Shown here in pieces: positions 26,464 through 41,598 of a DNA stretch of 64,000 nucleotides. The notes below the pieces were generated by a model that did not search any database, was not told the origin of the DNA, and saw only the letters and a list, made by a program, of their open reading frames with translations. The stretch is from Catajapyx aquilonaris (taxonomy: Eukaryota), in assembly GCA_000934665.2 (NCBI GenBank), contig KZ538193.1:62001-126000 (forward strand), given 5' to 3'. Positions within the stretch are counted from its first letter, which is position 1; every line of letters starts with the position of its first letter. The position numbers were made by a program, and so were the translations under genes.

Positions 26464-27179
26464 AATTATTGTTACCGTGTAGTACCGTAATGTTTGGCAC
26501 AATAATTTTGCACGAAACGATAATATATTACGTATAACGTCACTTTCAGGATTCAGAACCAAATGACACACAGAGTAGGCTATATAGGCTGTCGCTATAC
26601 TATATAATAGGTGCTACTCTAGGCTATACTGAAAATGAAGGACTTCTTATTGTACAGGGTCAGATGGGCGGATTAACTAGCCCATAAGAGCTCTTAAACC
26701 CTCCGTCTTCTTATTGTACAATGAAAAGCTATTAGTTATGTATAGACACATAGGCCTACTGTACTATACTATTGCAAGAATAATAGTACCTAATCTTAAC
26801 TGATTAGTTGCGATTTGTTAATAATGATAGGTCACGTAGGCTCTTGTAGACTGTACACTGTGAACCTCATAATGAAGTTCGCATAATTAAGACCTCATTA
26901 TTCAGTCCCATTCTATTCTATTGAAATTGCTGATTGGTGTATACGGTGCATCCAAAAATGCGTAGGAGTGTTGCTTAAAAGGCAGAGATTACAATTTGTA
27001 ATCCCCTTTTGCGAAATCATCATCAGCTTGCTACGCGTAGCATATTTTCCTCGGCGGCAGCTTCTTATGGCACGATATAGATCGGTTTATGTTGGACACT
27101 GACGGTTCCAAGGTAATTTCCAACATATAGGGAGGTGTCCAACATTAGGATTTCAACCTCTCGGGTTTCATGTAGTGCA

Positions 27180-27264
27180 GTACAGTAATATACCAGTCAG
27201 TATTGTACAGTAATATACCCGTAAGTATTGTACAGTAATATACCCGTAAGTATTGTACAGTAAT
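27180..27264. repeat. 25-bp tandem repeat, about 3.4 copies
   Basis: Unit GTACAGTAATATACCCGTAAGTATT at 27180 (variant), 27205, 27230 and partial 27255; no spacers. Confidence 0.9.
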
Positions 27265-28312
27265 CATCCAGTAATCAACTTCCAATGCATGGTTTCTTAT
27301 TTTCAGTATAGTACACAACTTCTGAAACTGACATGTGTACTTTTTGGTTCATAAATTGGTAACAAGTGACTGACAAGTGACTGGTTTAATCCGGAGAAAT
27401 TTCAATTTCCTTTTTGGCAGCAAAAATGTGGCATGTTGGCAAAGAGTGACATGACAAAGCATGAAGTTCTAATCGGGCATCCCTGCTGAGAGAGGGGGAG
27501 GCTTATCGTCACAAGTCACAACCAGGTTTTACAGTGCATTTCATCTTCTGATGATTTGCTTTGTGTGTCCTGCAACGCCTGCTTCAGCACCTCACCTGCA
27601 TTGCCACCATATCCATCCTCCGTTGTCAGGATGTTGTCATACAGTTGACAATGTCACTTGAAGCATAAAGGCATGCTTCACAAATCTATGCAGAGAAAAT
27701 GAGTAGGCTATACATGTAGAGTAAATGCGAAAATTATACTGCGCTTGTCCAGGTAAAAAAAGCGTCCAACTTCCAAGATTGAGTAGAGATAAGAGGTGTC
27801 CAACATCACAGGTTTTACTGTATAGGTGCAAATATTTTGGACAATTTAGTTGTGGATATCACTCACATTATGTACAGTATCATAATTATTATAATATACA
27901 GTAATAATATCCTAATCCTAATCCTTGGGTAGTGCCTGACCCTATAACCTATATATAGGGTATGCGGCACGGACCTTTATTATACTTGAAGTACAATGCA
28001 GTACAATGCTGGAACCTTGAGCGAATCGCAGGATGACAGGAGGGGATGTGCAAGGTGCAGTGCAATGTCTCAAACGTGGCCATTTTTAGTGAACTCCCCC
28101 GGGTGGTTTAGTCTGTTGGAAATACCACCTGAGACGAAGCCAGAGGTGACCCTGAACTCTGCACGAGATGAAGGGGGTGTCCCCGGGCTGGGCGCATACG
28201 TTACCTCAGCACCATTCCGCCTCCCACAGTAATAATATTAGTTTTATATTAGTTATAATGTAACATAATTTTAATTATGATATTGTGTATTGGATAACAT
28301 CAGGCTATAAAT

Positions 28313-28600
28313 CAGTGCTTCCCAAACTGTGGGTCGCGACCTCATTTGGGGTCGCGAACATAATATTTGGTGTCGGGAGGGAGGGAAACAAATACATTAT
28401 TTTAGCAAAATGATTCTCTCTCTGGAAAAATACGCCCGTGAACAAGAAGATGACTGTATTAATTTATCAGTGACTGCCATTGACTACCACTGTGAGGAGT
28501 GTAATATCTTTTCAGGTAGCTATAGGTGGTTCAAGTGGGGGTAGCGAATTCTGTGAACCGATTTTCTGGGGTCGCCAACGAATCAGATTGGGAAGCACTG
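28313..28600. mobile_element. hAT (Charlie-like) MITE
   Basis: Perfect 13-bp TIR CAGTGCTTCCCAA...TTGGGAAGCACTG with subterminal GGGTCGC motifs. The 8-bp TSD is not preserved (CTATAAAT vs CGCTATCA). Confidence 0.75.
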
Positions 28601-31600
28601 CGCTATCAGTTCTCTTGAGATTGACTATAGTTTATAGGTTTACTGAAAATTACATAATGGTATATAACTACAATAATTACAGTATAGAGATTTCTGATTC
28701 ATCCTCGTCTGTGACTATAAATTATAGGACCATTTCTCTTACTGCACGAGTAGTTGGGGAAAATATTCTTTCTGTATATAACGGGATGAATTTATTGCTA
28801 TACAATATAAGACAGGGATAGGGCAGCTAATTCAAATAAGATAAGTCGGGGGAAGACGCCGCAGTTGAGCACTTCCGCTGATGCAGAAGCAAACCTAATG
28901 AATCAATCTCAATAACACCAATGCAAATATCTTGTATGGAACCTTTGTCACACGCACATACCATAAAAAGCAGATAAAGGAAAGGAGAAGTGTTATTTAT
29001 TAATGTTCTAATAAGACTGCAAATGCGGCATCTTCCCAGATTCCATTGGGTAAGACGTCTCAATAGACGAATAACTATACTGGGGAAAGATGCAATTCTG
29101 ATGTGCTTTCTTATTTTTTCGCAGTCCTATTACAGTCAGGCAGTTGACAAGTGATGGAATTAACATCTTTCGTTTCTTGTTTGACAGAATATTTGATGTC
29201 TTATTGTTGTTAAGTTGTAATCTAGTTTTGGCCATGTTGCAAGCCTTGTTCGGCAGTTTATGACACCGTGATCCTCAAAGTGTCAAAGAAATCTTGCAGC
29301 TAATTATTATTTTAATTAAGTTCATTGTCTTCATCAAGGCAGTGCACCGCCCTGGCCCTTTGCATCTTCCCCCAATGTCATTGGTATAAATCGAAAAATA
29401 TTATTCCATCGTATACCAACTCCCTTGCAATTCAGCCTAGCACATTACTCACATCCCATTTCGACGAGGGAACAAAGTTAAATAACTCTATCCAGCCTGA
29501 TGTTCTCTCCCTGATGGAGATTGAAACGAGTTTTGTCTCTTATAATTATTATTACGTGCTCAAATGATGGCAGTTTTCACAATATTTTTCTATATTTAAT
29601 TGATTTTAATTGGTTTTAATTGATCCTTCTGACTCCATCTCATATGGTTATGGGTGGGGAGAGTCTGAGGGGCTCGCTTAGCATCGGAAGAGATTCGTCA
29701 CATCTCAGTCACACGGATCGAATGAGAAAGATTGGGGCGTCTTCCCCCGTGCGGCATCGTCCTCCGACTTACCTTTTTATGCTAATTTGGAAAGTTACAC
29801 AAGAAAACCTACACCGCATGTAGTTCCTGGTCAAGTAAAAAAAATCCCTTGCGGAAGATGTCGCATAGTGTGAGTACAGTAGTAAGTTCTCATCACATGC
29901 CTGCGATGGTATATAAAAATTGTGGCAAAATCTTTTTCGCCAATGATTTTAGCACATACAGCGAAGTGACTAAATCGGCTGAATCCCTCTCTCACATAAA
30001 CATTATTGGTTCATGAAAGGTTACAATAATTTGATACACAAAAGGGGCAAATGAATGTTTGTAAGCCTTTATTTATTTATTTTTGGTTGGGCTACATGGT
30101 GATTGAAACAGGGCAATAGTTATATCTTATATGCACGACACATGTCTAGCTCGTAATGACTCCTGAAAATAATGTTACCAACAATCTCGATGCCGGCGAG
30201 TTCCCTGTCATTGCCACTAGAATGCGCAGCAAAGCCATCTACTTCTGTCCCGTGGTACATTCTATCGACAAGCAATAGAACTTTGTGCAAGTTGCCTCTA
30301 ATACCTTCTTATTAATAATGCATGTAAAATTGTAAAGCCTGATTTTTTTATTTAAAAAATATTAAGATAAGCTGAGTTTGTGTCTTTGAGCTCTTCTTTT
30401 GAAAGCAAGGTTGCAGACTAAAATCGACGCTGCTGAGACTGCTGGGTGGGGGGCCCTTTTCCTTTCCTCTTTTCTGCAATTTTTTGTCTCTTTTTTATGT
30501 GGACGAGTTTTCTAGCTCGTCGAGGGGGTGGTGAGGGGTGATGTCAGTGGGTGGTGGGTTGGTGAGATAGGAGGGTAGGAAGAAAGTGCGACGATGGCTG
30601 TTGGTGGCGGCTGATAATTATGACAAAGTAGGTGGGAGGACAGGGCGGGAGCGGCGTCGGTGGCGGGTTGAAAAGCTTTTCCGCGTTCGGGGCCCCATTA
30701 CCGTCAGCGTCGGGGGCTCGTCGGGCGCCAGAAGAGAGAGCCTACTTGTCGCCAACGTCACTCAGCCAATTCCCACCGCAGCAATGCGCGCCGAGGATCC
30801 ATCATGCGCCTGTCCGCAATCTATCAGCAACCCTCCCCACCACCCAACCCATACACTCCATCCCACCACACTATATACTATTATATCCTTTCCAACCACA
30901 CCAAGCCCTGCACCGCACCAGCCTTATGCAAATGTCCTAGCTCCTAGGGCTCCGAGGAAACCCGGCTTGAAAAGCACGGACGTCTTGTTTGGAAGACGGT
31001 TTGCACAACACCGCAGTTGAGGGTAGGGTAGGGATGGTGATGGGAGGAGTACAGGACTGTGATGGGAGGGGTGACGTGGTGTGAATTTTGATTAAGTAGG
31101 AAGTGCTGGGATGACTGAGTCTATGTTGTTTTTAGCTGTGTGCACTGAAAACCATAGGTGCGTGTTTCGAGATGGGGAAAATAATGGTGTGGTGATGGAT
31201 GAAATCATTTAGAATGGGGTCATAATTATCCTACATTGACCATTCTGAATTATTTTATGCACACTGAGCCTGCTTTATTATCCAAAATTCAGTGTAATAT
31301 GATGCAACTAATAGCTATTTCGATAGCCACTGAAGCGCGTACTAAAGAACATTACTCCTGTCGTCAAGTATGAGTTCAAAAATATTGCTTACTAAAACAT
31401 GCACTTCTATTTGAACACAGCACATTATCTGCTGTTTTGTTCATTTTGCATTTTGTGGTTTTTCTGCTATGAAGTAATAATTTATTGTAAAAAATAAGAA
31501 TCGGAAAATTCAAAAGTAAAATCTTCACATACTGTACAATGTGGAATTTACTATCTTTGTGTTATACTTAATATACACTATTGTGGGTAGATTCTCGCAA

Positions 31601-34600
31601 TTAACCTATTAAAAGTCAGTTTTATACGCAACATCCATTGACATGCAAAAGAAATAATTTTGACGTGATGTGTTAATCCGCATGTTTTCTGCACATAATT
31701 AACATCACCCCCCCCCCCAATAATTTGCTATCTAAATTTGCCTCCATCTGCTGTGCAATTTGTTGGTACCTGAACTTTTAAACTGATAACTATCTTTCAA
31801 AATCAACCGCAATTTCTTTTGAGACAAGAGTTGACCAATATTTCCATGCCTTTTAATTTGCTTTGCCGCTTATAACCGTGACACTGGTAATCCTTCCTCC
31901 CCCTGCATTGAAGTCGCACTCATCTGATTCATCCCCCATAATCCGTCCATCCCTGGTTAACCCCGCATAGAAAGAGAAGAGCACGATCGGAACAGCTTGT
32001 TAGGAAATGAAAGAGCGTCGGGGACCAAATAGGCGGCTGATGGCCAGCCTCGTGCCTCTCCCTTCATCAATTATCAATCAATACTCCCAGGGAGGATCGG
32101 AAATGACTTGCATTCACCCCCACCCATCTCCCTATATACCTCATCATTCCATCCGGAAACATCTGCCCATTTGACTTATGCAGCTTTTTTCAGCTGGACA
32201 CTGCTCGTACGGACACGGAAGTGTTGACTGATAAATGAGGTGAGTCATCTCCAGGTGAGATACTCCAAACACCTTGAGGCTTTTTTGTGCCTGATCTCAG
32301 ATTGCAGCTGCTATATACGAACACAAATCACTCCTGATTTTACAACCGATGGGACGTCATGAAGAGCCTGAACATTAGGTGCTAAAACTTGGATTTTTGA
32401 ACCGAAGCTCTGTGTAACAATATTATTGCGCAATCATCATTTTTGAGGGTGTACAGTACAATTAAAATTAAAATTGCTTCAGGCAGCACTATACACAGTC
32501 TATAGGTGTGTAACAACGGGAATGATCAGGAGTTCAGGACACGTCCGCACATTACCGGCAGAGCCATTGCATCGCAATATCGACCAGAACCTGCTTGTGT
32601 ACATAGATGTGTGCTAATCCCACGGTTTGATCCTTGGAAGGGGGGGGGTATACAGCACCCATCCCCCCAAAAACTGTTGTTGTTGCCATCCGATTTGTCA
32701 GTCAGGCCGATGACAGGCGTGTGTCTGACTGACTTGGCGGACATGATGAAAATCGTCCATCAACCGAGGGACCTGAAAGGTGACTTAATTAAAAGGAGCC
32801 GCGGCTGGCAAGAGGGGGGGGGGGGAGAGAAGAAGGGTGGGGGAAGGCTAATGGCTCGGATGTGAACGCTGCTGAATGCCAACCAGAAGCTTTGTTCCCT
32901 CATCCAGAAAGCAAAAGAGTTGCTGTACTCATGGGGACATAACAAGTACTTCTGTTTACCTGCTGGCCAAGAGAGTGCTAAAATACTAAATCTTAAATTT
33001 TTGATATGTATACACTGAAAAGGTACAGTTTTCAGACTTCTCGTTCAATCAGTGGCACGTACGCCATCAGTGTGTCAAAGTTTCATCATTGTCAGTAGTC
33101 TGAAAGTGGGTTAGGTATCCCGGACATACAAACCAGACAACAACATTCTGCTTTATTTTGCAATATTATGTAAGATTGCTCGGGTGTCCAGGTTTGTGCA
33201 AAATCGTTATGAGACACCCTGCAATCACTGCAAAATGGGCGTGAACTTTTGTGTTCAAGTATAGCGAAAACTGCTGGGTGGATTGTAATTTAGGCCCCCC
33301 GAGTTTGTAAAGTGACAGCCATATGTTCAACTGCAATTTAGCACGGCATTAATATCCGATCTATCAGAAACCGGACTCAACCCCCGTCGGTTTTATCGGG
33401 GACTTCGATCGGGATTTTCCGGAGGGGTCGTCGGCGTGACCTCGATGATTTTACAGCGTTGGATATGTGTGGGGAAGAACTAATAATGGAGCCGGGATTG
33501 CTTCCGTGGTTATTTTTTTCTGTTAAGTCCTGAGGGACTATATGGGACAGACTTATTTCCACACTTGTAATTGATGTGAAAGTGCGAATGGACCGGCTGC
33601 TGTTGAGACTATACCTTTTGTTTGTTCCTCCCCCATCACCACTCTCCCCCAACTCGGGTTTTTTTTTATGGTTGCGGTTCCCCCCAACTCGACTTATATT
33701 CAGATTAGGTTCACCCCCTCGACGTGCTGTGCATATGGATACGGGTGAATTATTATTCGGTCATTATTTACGTAATACCCCCTCATGTAATGCGAGGGGG
33801 CAGGAAAAATACTGCTGCGCGACAATGACGATTTTTGCAGTTCCTTTTTTAAAATATTTGATCTTGCACGCCTGTTTGCTGCTAAACTCCCGGAAATACA
33901 GCTAGGCACTTTCCGGGCTTAGCTAAAATCCAAGTAAGCACAAACTTGATGTCATCTGAAGTCCTTGCCACGCAGATATGCCCGAATTGAGCCCCTGGGC
34001 TTTATCGGCGGCTAATTACGACCAAGTCATGTCGACGATGAGTAGATTAAGCAAGCCATGACGCCCGCCCACCTTGCAAAGAAGCCTATTTTAATAAATA
34101 TTCGCTGCGACTCTTGCTCTTTTCACTTCCAATGAAGGGGTCCAAACCCCCCCAAAAAAAGGCAATAATAAAGTGTGCGGTCTCCAACCGGGCCCGAATA
34201 AAAGAGAACCCGGGTTTTCTTACCCTCCCCCTCTTCTAAGTTTACGAGATTAGCCGCCAAATTGCCATCAATAGGCCGGCTAATAAATCTGGCTTCTTTT
34301 CACCCCCACCAACCAGACCTTTTCTATATGAGGTCCCCCGAACACCATCATTTTGAGCGGCCTTGTTTGCGTCTTTAGAGACTTGCACTCTCCCTCCCTC
34401 CCTGCCGGCAACCCCCCAAAAGCCATTTACTAACTGTGTCTCCAGGGATGTGATGAGTCCTTTTGTCGCCTGTATAAGGGAAGCATTTGTTCAGGATTCA
34501 GGGATGGAGCAATATGTTTGAATACACAGTGCCAGTGGCCTGCATCATGTGGCCCAATATTTTCATTGAACATAACCGCACTGGAATGAAGAGGATTGAC

Positions 34601-37600
34601 ATGTGGACTTGGAGAGTGTACCACCCTGTACAGGGGTGGATCCAGTTTTGATATTACAAATTTGTTGCTGACTAGTTTCATTGAATATGTAATATAAGTG
34701 CAGTTCAGTGTGGTCCCCATGTACCATCACAGTCATTCAATATTCATTATTAACGGGTTGATGGGCTATAGCCTTTTTCGGAAAGGGGCACTATAGCGAT
34801 GAGGCTGGATTGGGTGCGCTTATCGGATTTGCTTGTATGGATATTATAATGCCATCAGGTGGAACAGGTGGACATGGTCTGGAGGGAATAAGCAGAACCA
34901 GTTATAGTGGATATATATTTTGACAAAATGCATGGAGTGAATTTGGCTGTTGTGGTCATCAAACGGAAGACAGTCTAAGTTGTATAAAATAATTTCCCTA
35001 CAAATTAATAATGGTGGCCCATTCTCACGAAAACCTCGTTTCGGATCCCTGCAACCATATTATTTTGAACTGTTTCCTATATGAGTTGTTCAAATTGACA
35101 ATGCATGAACTACAAATCTGCTTGCATTTTTATTGCAAAAATGAACATGAGATCAAGAAACTAACCGCTTATGATCCCATTTCTGGTCACCAGAAGATCA
35201 CTTTATGGTCCTAGTTTTTTGTTAGCCTCAGACACAAAGCAATAACATTCTGACAGATTTTAGATCGTTACCATCAGACTGTTTTTTCCCGTTTATAATG
35301 TGTTACTGTGCCATGATTAAAAATTTAACATGCAGGTCCAGTAGCAGAGGTGTAAATATACGAGGATATAAGGCAAACTCCAATCAAATGTATATACAGT
35401 ACATCATATGTTCCCTTCATTTTGATTCTAAGCAGACTAATAATTATCGTATCACATAACACGTGATTATACCGCAAAACTATAAAGCAAAATTTGTCGT
35501 GGCATGTAAATGTAAGCGTGGGTACACATTTCGTTGTGTTTCTACATTTGGAAACCGACAATTTCTTGTCCGGTGGATGTTATGTTACGAAACTTTCTAA
35601 TAATCGTTAAAAATTGCTAAGTTATTATAATTATAAATTGACCTTAATAAATTACTTGTACCTATGTACAGTATATGCACTTGTCATGCATTGCTTTTAA
35701 TTCGGACGACTGAATCCATGTGCATATAACTTACTATATACGTACGCGTATATATGCCATCCAGTGCGCTTGATGTTATTGAACACTATAGCCAATTTTC
35801 CGATGTTACGAGGTATTGACATGAAGCCTGGTTCATGTTTTCCCCTTGTAATTACGAGCCCGTGTCGACAGGTTTAATTGAATATAACAAAGCGTGTTTA
35901 CATCATCCAGGGCCTTTTCACATCCCATCATACTGTTAGCTGAAAATGTCATTTTTTTGTGCGCGAAATTCAGTCTCTGTTGCATCCATGGAATCAACTC
36001 GACGCCGACAAAGGTCAGCAAGAGGAATGCTATCCACCAAACAAGCATGCGGGTCAACAGAGAGTCCCTCTCCATTGGGTGGCATGCAAAACTGTAAAAA
36101 AAAGAGAGGGAACGCTGCTGCTGGCTGCAGAGGGTTTGCAAAAAAACAGTATTTGCAATTCAGCTGCCACGCTGCATACCACAAGCTCGCAATATGCAAA
36201 TCGAGGAATGCGCGCTATCAGTGTCTCCTAAATTAACATATGCCATGCCCAGCATCGCGTATAAATTGCACCGGCTTTGCGCCAGCCATATATGCAATAA
36301 TTAGCATAATAAAATTCCCAGTGAAGTATTGGTAAATTTGCGGGGGAGAGCACCAGCAGCATGGGGGACCCATCCAAATGTGTGTGCAAAAAAATAGAAC
36401 CTGGTTTTTACTTCCGGCCCTTTGACCAGAACGGTCATAGAGCTTTGAGCTATGCGAACTATCCTGGTCAGCTCTGACCGGGTGGGCTTGTTATAATTAC
36501 AGAACGGCCAAAGGACGCGTTTTAATTACCTGTATATGGATTTCTCGCTCCACAAGAGGACCTGGCTTCAAGCATTGATTAACTCTATTGCAGGTCGACC
36601 ATGCCTTTGCGGGGTGGAAAAAATAGCTGACAAAAATGCGACCAGTTTGAATCCCAAAAAATTCTTTGAGATATTACCCGCTAATGTTACAGACGGATTC
36701 GGGCTTGCTGGCCAGAAACTGAGCCGCTTACAATAATCGAGTCCTTCAAAGTGACCTCAACTGTCGCATTGTCCTTTCCATTTTTTTTTCTTCAGAGACA
36801 TGAAAATATTCGGGCCCCGTTGAGAAATCCTGGAGAGTCTGGAAGCGTCGAAAATCCCCCCTCGGGTCCGATTTCCTAGGATGTGTTGTATAGCCTCGTG
36901 TTGATAACCAGTTCCTCACCCGCGGTTTATTTCATCATTTGGAGCCGTTTGCAGACCCCTATTGTAAATCCCCCTCCTCAATTCTTGGGTAATGTGGCCA
37001 GGGGCGAGCTGGAAATGGGAGCCGAGCCGCGGATAATCTGCCTCGTCTCCCGCAATGGCCATTCGCCAAACTGACCACAATAAGTCTGGATGGAGGATAA
37101 AACGAAGGGAATCCGGGATAGAAGATGTTGGAAGGGAGGAGAGGAAGAGAAAAAAAAAGACAGGGGAAAAAAACCATCCTCCTCCTGGTTCTGTGGATGA
37201 AAAAGATGTTAGGTGGACGAGCCTTCGTCGCCCAGCATACCGAACATCCTCATCCTATTTGTCCACCAACTACCACTTCAATAAAACTTCATTTCTACAA
37301 TGGTCCTTTTTGTGCTCGGGGTCCCCACCGTCCCCCCAAAAAAAGAAGGCAGTTTTCTCGCTCCGTAAATGGTTATCTTTTGCGGCGGCCGTAAAATATA
37401 AGATGGTCGGAGGTGACTATTTGCATCGCTTTGGTGACTATTGTTTTTATTCGGTTGGTAATAAGAAATATTAATACAAATAAGGGGCCAGGTTTCGGAT
37501 AGGTCCTTTTTAGTCTGAGGGGACTGTAAAAATGAAGGGTCACATCACGTCCTGTCCATAAAGCGATAACGATTTGTATTCCGGAGCCGAGAAAGATGCT

Positions 37601-40600
37601 GACTGCCCCCTCCAGTGGATGTTATTCGTCGTCTCCTACGGATCATTGATCCTATTCGGAGGAAATTTCGGATCTCTCTTCCGCCAATATCCGGTCGGAT
37701 TTGAGGAAAAATGCTCTCACATTTATTTGGAATTTGGAGAAGACCAGGAGCAAAGTGGATGTGGTTAGGTGGTTCTCTCTCTCCCTCTCTTCTCTATATT
37801 GGTCCGTTGCTATCCTGATTGCACTGAACCGTGGTTAACACCTTGTACTGTGTATATTCACAGGTTAATTCGAATCATTATCAACCACCCTGTATGGTTA
37901 AATGTATAATAATAATCATTGCAAAAGTCAGTGGAAATATGTGAACATTCATTATTAATACCTGATGTGTGCAGAGAAGAAATAAAAGCACTATTATACA
38001 CTGCAGCATATAACTTACATAATAAGTTAAGCACAATAAATTACATACGTTCAGATACTACATCGTACAATATGATGGAATAGAACATTTGCATGTTTCG
38101 TGGCCTAGAAGCGGAAGAATAAGGAATGACTGAAAGGTCTATAAACTTCTCGAAATCGTCCGGCCCTGTCGGATCTTGCAATTTCTGAGAATCCATCGGC
38201 TTTCCAATTAGACGATGTCGGAATAGCGGGTATTATTTTAATCTTAGGATCTCCACGAACTGAATTAATTATTTTTCGGAAAGAACTCAATAAAAATGTC
38301 TCTCTTTATATTTTTGGAGCCAATGTTTTTGAAAATTAGAGGCCAAAGGATGACCGACATTCGGTAAGATGTTAACCCCGAAAACTTGTCATTTCTGGGA
38401 ATATTTTTCTGCAAACTTAATAATAACAACAATCCAGTGGTTATACTTGTACAGTTGTACACGTACTGCATCATTATGTGGGAGTATACAGTTGTAGGGG
38501 TATAGTCGGCTAGAACCGCAGCAATAAAGGGAAATCTGATATCTCTTAGCGTTTATATTCACGATTCACATGTTAGGCCATCCACGATCCACACATAGGC
38601 ATCGACTATAGCATAATATATGTCTGATTTTGTGAAATTACGGTTTTATTGCGGAGACATCATGAAAATTTTGTATTGGTATAATAATTAGTATATAGGC
38701 AAATTCGCCAAATAAACTACAGAGAAATTGTCCGACATATTTGTAAGAAATATTATTCTTCCTCCCGATAGGACAGGCGAGTTTTTGGACTATATATAAT
38801 TATTATAATTAATTCAAATTATGTAAGATTCTGTACGGAAAATTTTTATTGCTCATTTAGATCCAGCTGCATCATGGTATAGGAGCCTTTATTGTAATGC
38901 GTCCAACATGCAATTTCCTTCACTTTGTGTGCTCTTATGGGTTGCTGGGGAGGGGTGGAGATGTACCCCAAGGGAATAAGACACTCGAATCATTCTGAGT
39001 CACTGCCCCGTTCTCTCCAGTGGTATATTGAAGAGAGGGAGTCTCTCCGGACACGGATCAGCTTTTAAAGACCATGCAAATATTCAAAATGCAATGTGTC
39101 CTAAACGTTCGTCCCATAATACGGTAGTATTATTCATAGGCGCTGTACACCAAACAGGCCTAATCTGTACAGTTGTTTCGGATATAAGCTGTCCCGGGCA
39201 GAACAGATTGGATTTCGCAACTGCTAAAATCTAGCACTGTCCTAATGGCGGGGACAAAAAGGGGGGGATCCTGTTGAGTAAATTAATTCTCATTGGTTAG
39301 TGCGGCAGGCGACTAACTGGAAGACTAACTTTGGGCGATAAAGCCGAAAACGCAGTTGATGAAATGTGTGGGAGGGGAGCATGTATATGAAGAGAACCGG
39401 GCCGAGATCTCCCGTGGGCAAAACCGAAAATGTGTTTAAGTGGTGACCTTGCCCATGGAAAAGGCAATTCATTTATTTCGTCAGTCCGTTGTGGGAGTTT
39501 GGGGACCTGCTCCTCTCGGATATCGAACATGTAGCGTTAGTCTCAAATAATGTACCGCACTCGGCCATTTGGCTTTGGACGTTTGGGGAAATGTAAATGA
39601 TAGGGAGCTGATGAAGCGGATATTGAAGGAAATATTCACTCAGGGAAATGAACTATTAGGGAAAGTTAGAAGCGCTGCTCTTGCACGCCTGCCTGCCTGC
39701 TGCTTTATGCGAAATGGCGGCTGCAAATGTGCGGTGATTAGTTGCGCTCATGTCGCCTGGTATAAACGTGCCGCCATGTTTGTTGGCTAATCTGCAATCA
39801 ACATGGTTTTATCAACACCCAACATACCAACAGAAAAAATTAAATGAGCACTGATTACATGCAATAAATGTCATCGTTGAATCGTACATAATTTTGTGAG
39901 TCATCCACACATCAGAGTCAAGTAAATGGCTGAGCAAAGTGAGTAATCATGAGGCTAACACGTCTTAAGGAGCAGGTGAGCTGCGCCCAATCCGAGCGAG
40001 AACCAACCTTAAACCTCTCTGAATTCGCCCCCACTCAGGACCAAATCTCCTGGAAAAGCGCCTTTTTTTCTCTCTCTCACTCTCTCACCCTCTTTTCTTT
40101 TTCACAGAAGCAAAAGACGCTCACAGCAAGTGTGGCAAAACATGACATTTTTTCTCCCCTTTTTATTCGATGGTGATGGGGGAGTGAAGCCGGACTTTAA
40201 TAGCCTTTAGTGTTGGGTATAGTGTGTTGTGTGCAGGGGTGGTGTTACTATAGAGGGGGTGGGGGTTGGTCGCATCCTCTCCTCCCCAAATCTGTCCCGG
40301 TGGATGCGGGGTCTGGTCCCCGGGCTGCATCGGGTCGGTTGGGCCCCGCTGCGCCGCCCTGTCACCTCCCAAATCAAGACTAATACCGACATGGAAGCGC
40401 ACTCTGGGGGGATCCCTCGGGGACACTGCCTGCTATGCTGTGTGCTACTGCTAACTTCACCGCCGAGTGCCGATGGGAGGTATAGTTTGGCAAAGGGGAA
40501 GGCAGCAGCAGGGTTGGGTTGGCTGTGTTGGATGTGGGTGGGTGGGTGGGGAGGGATGCTGAAGGAGAGGGGGGGGGGGGACAGCACAGATGAAACACTA

Positions 40601-41388
40601 TTGCAACTACTATTCTACATTCCCGTCACATGGACCAAGTTTCCATTTCAAAGGGAGATATATTAATTTCAGTGCACGAAATATATTCTAATTTTGCACT
40701 ATTTTGCCATGTTGGATTATAGGCTGTAGTGCAAGCTGAAGTTCCGAATGAGTTTGGCCAACAAAAACCGAAATAGGCCTATTGGTTTTCAAAGTATGAC
40801 TGTATTTTTCTGGAAAACCTTTCATTTCACAAAAAGGGTTTAGAATGTTTCTTTTTTTACATTTTTGGGCAGGATGTTCATAACAGTTCTTGATCCTATT
40901 CACTCACTGTTCATTGCAACCTGTTTTTGTCTGTGACACCGCCAGCGCCATCGCCATTCGTTCTTATCATATGTTATGTGAAATTAGGTGCGAATGGCGT
41001 TAAAAATGTGTACAAGACCTCACTTAGCTGGTGGCACCAATTTTATACGCTTTTTAAAATGCACAATAAGACTCACAAAGTCGTTACGTGTGCAAGAGAA
41101 TAAGTGCAATAATATCAGATGTCTTACGACATCTAAAATTTATTTAATTTTTTGAGCAATTTTATTCACTTTCTCAAGGGTATCCTTGAGGGTAGCCTTA
41201 CTTCTTATCTTCTTATCTTTAGCTATACTAAGATTCCATCGAAGCAACGTATAGTAAATAGTCACTTGTTTCGTGTTTAAAACAATTTTGCGGACATGAT
41301 TTTAAGATCAATTTGCGTAAAACATATACGAGTATTGTACAAGTCCCATCTGCAATTTGTACGATTTTGAGGTATGATGGTTAGTATA

Positions 41389-41598
41389 CAGTAGATGGTC
41401 ATATATGGCCTGTATATATGGCTATAACAGGCCTCGATTATATAACAAACTTATTTCCTCTGTCCCTTGAAGTATGTTACAGTCATACATACATACACAG
41501 GCCATATTATACGTAATTAAATGGAAGAATGGCCGTTCCAGTCTGCTGTATAACCGAGAATCTGTTATAACCGAGACTGTTATATCCGGCGTCAACTG
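41389..41598. mobile_element. Degraded pogo/Tigger-like MITE related to 25147-25394
   Basis: TA|CAGTAGA...GTTATATCCGGCGTCAACTG|TA. The right end is the reverse complement of the 25147 left end, while 41420-41480 matches 25315-25385 in direct orientation. Confidence 0.6.

Noticed and set aside
27180..27264. 25-bp repeats as a CRISPR array
   Set aside because: Head-to-tail tandem units with no spacers, in eukaryotic context with no cas genes.
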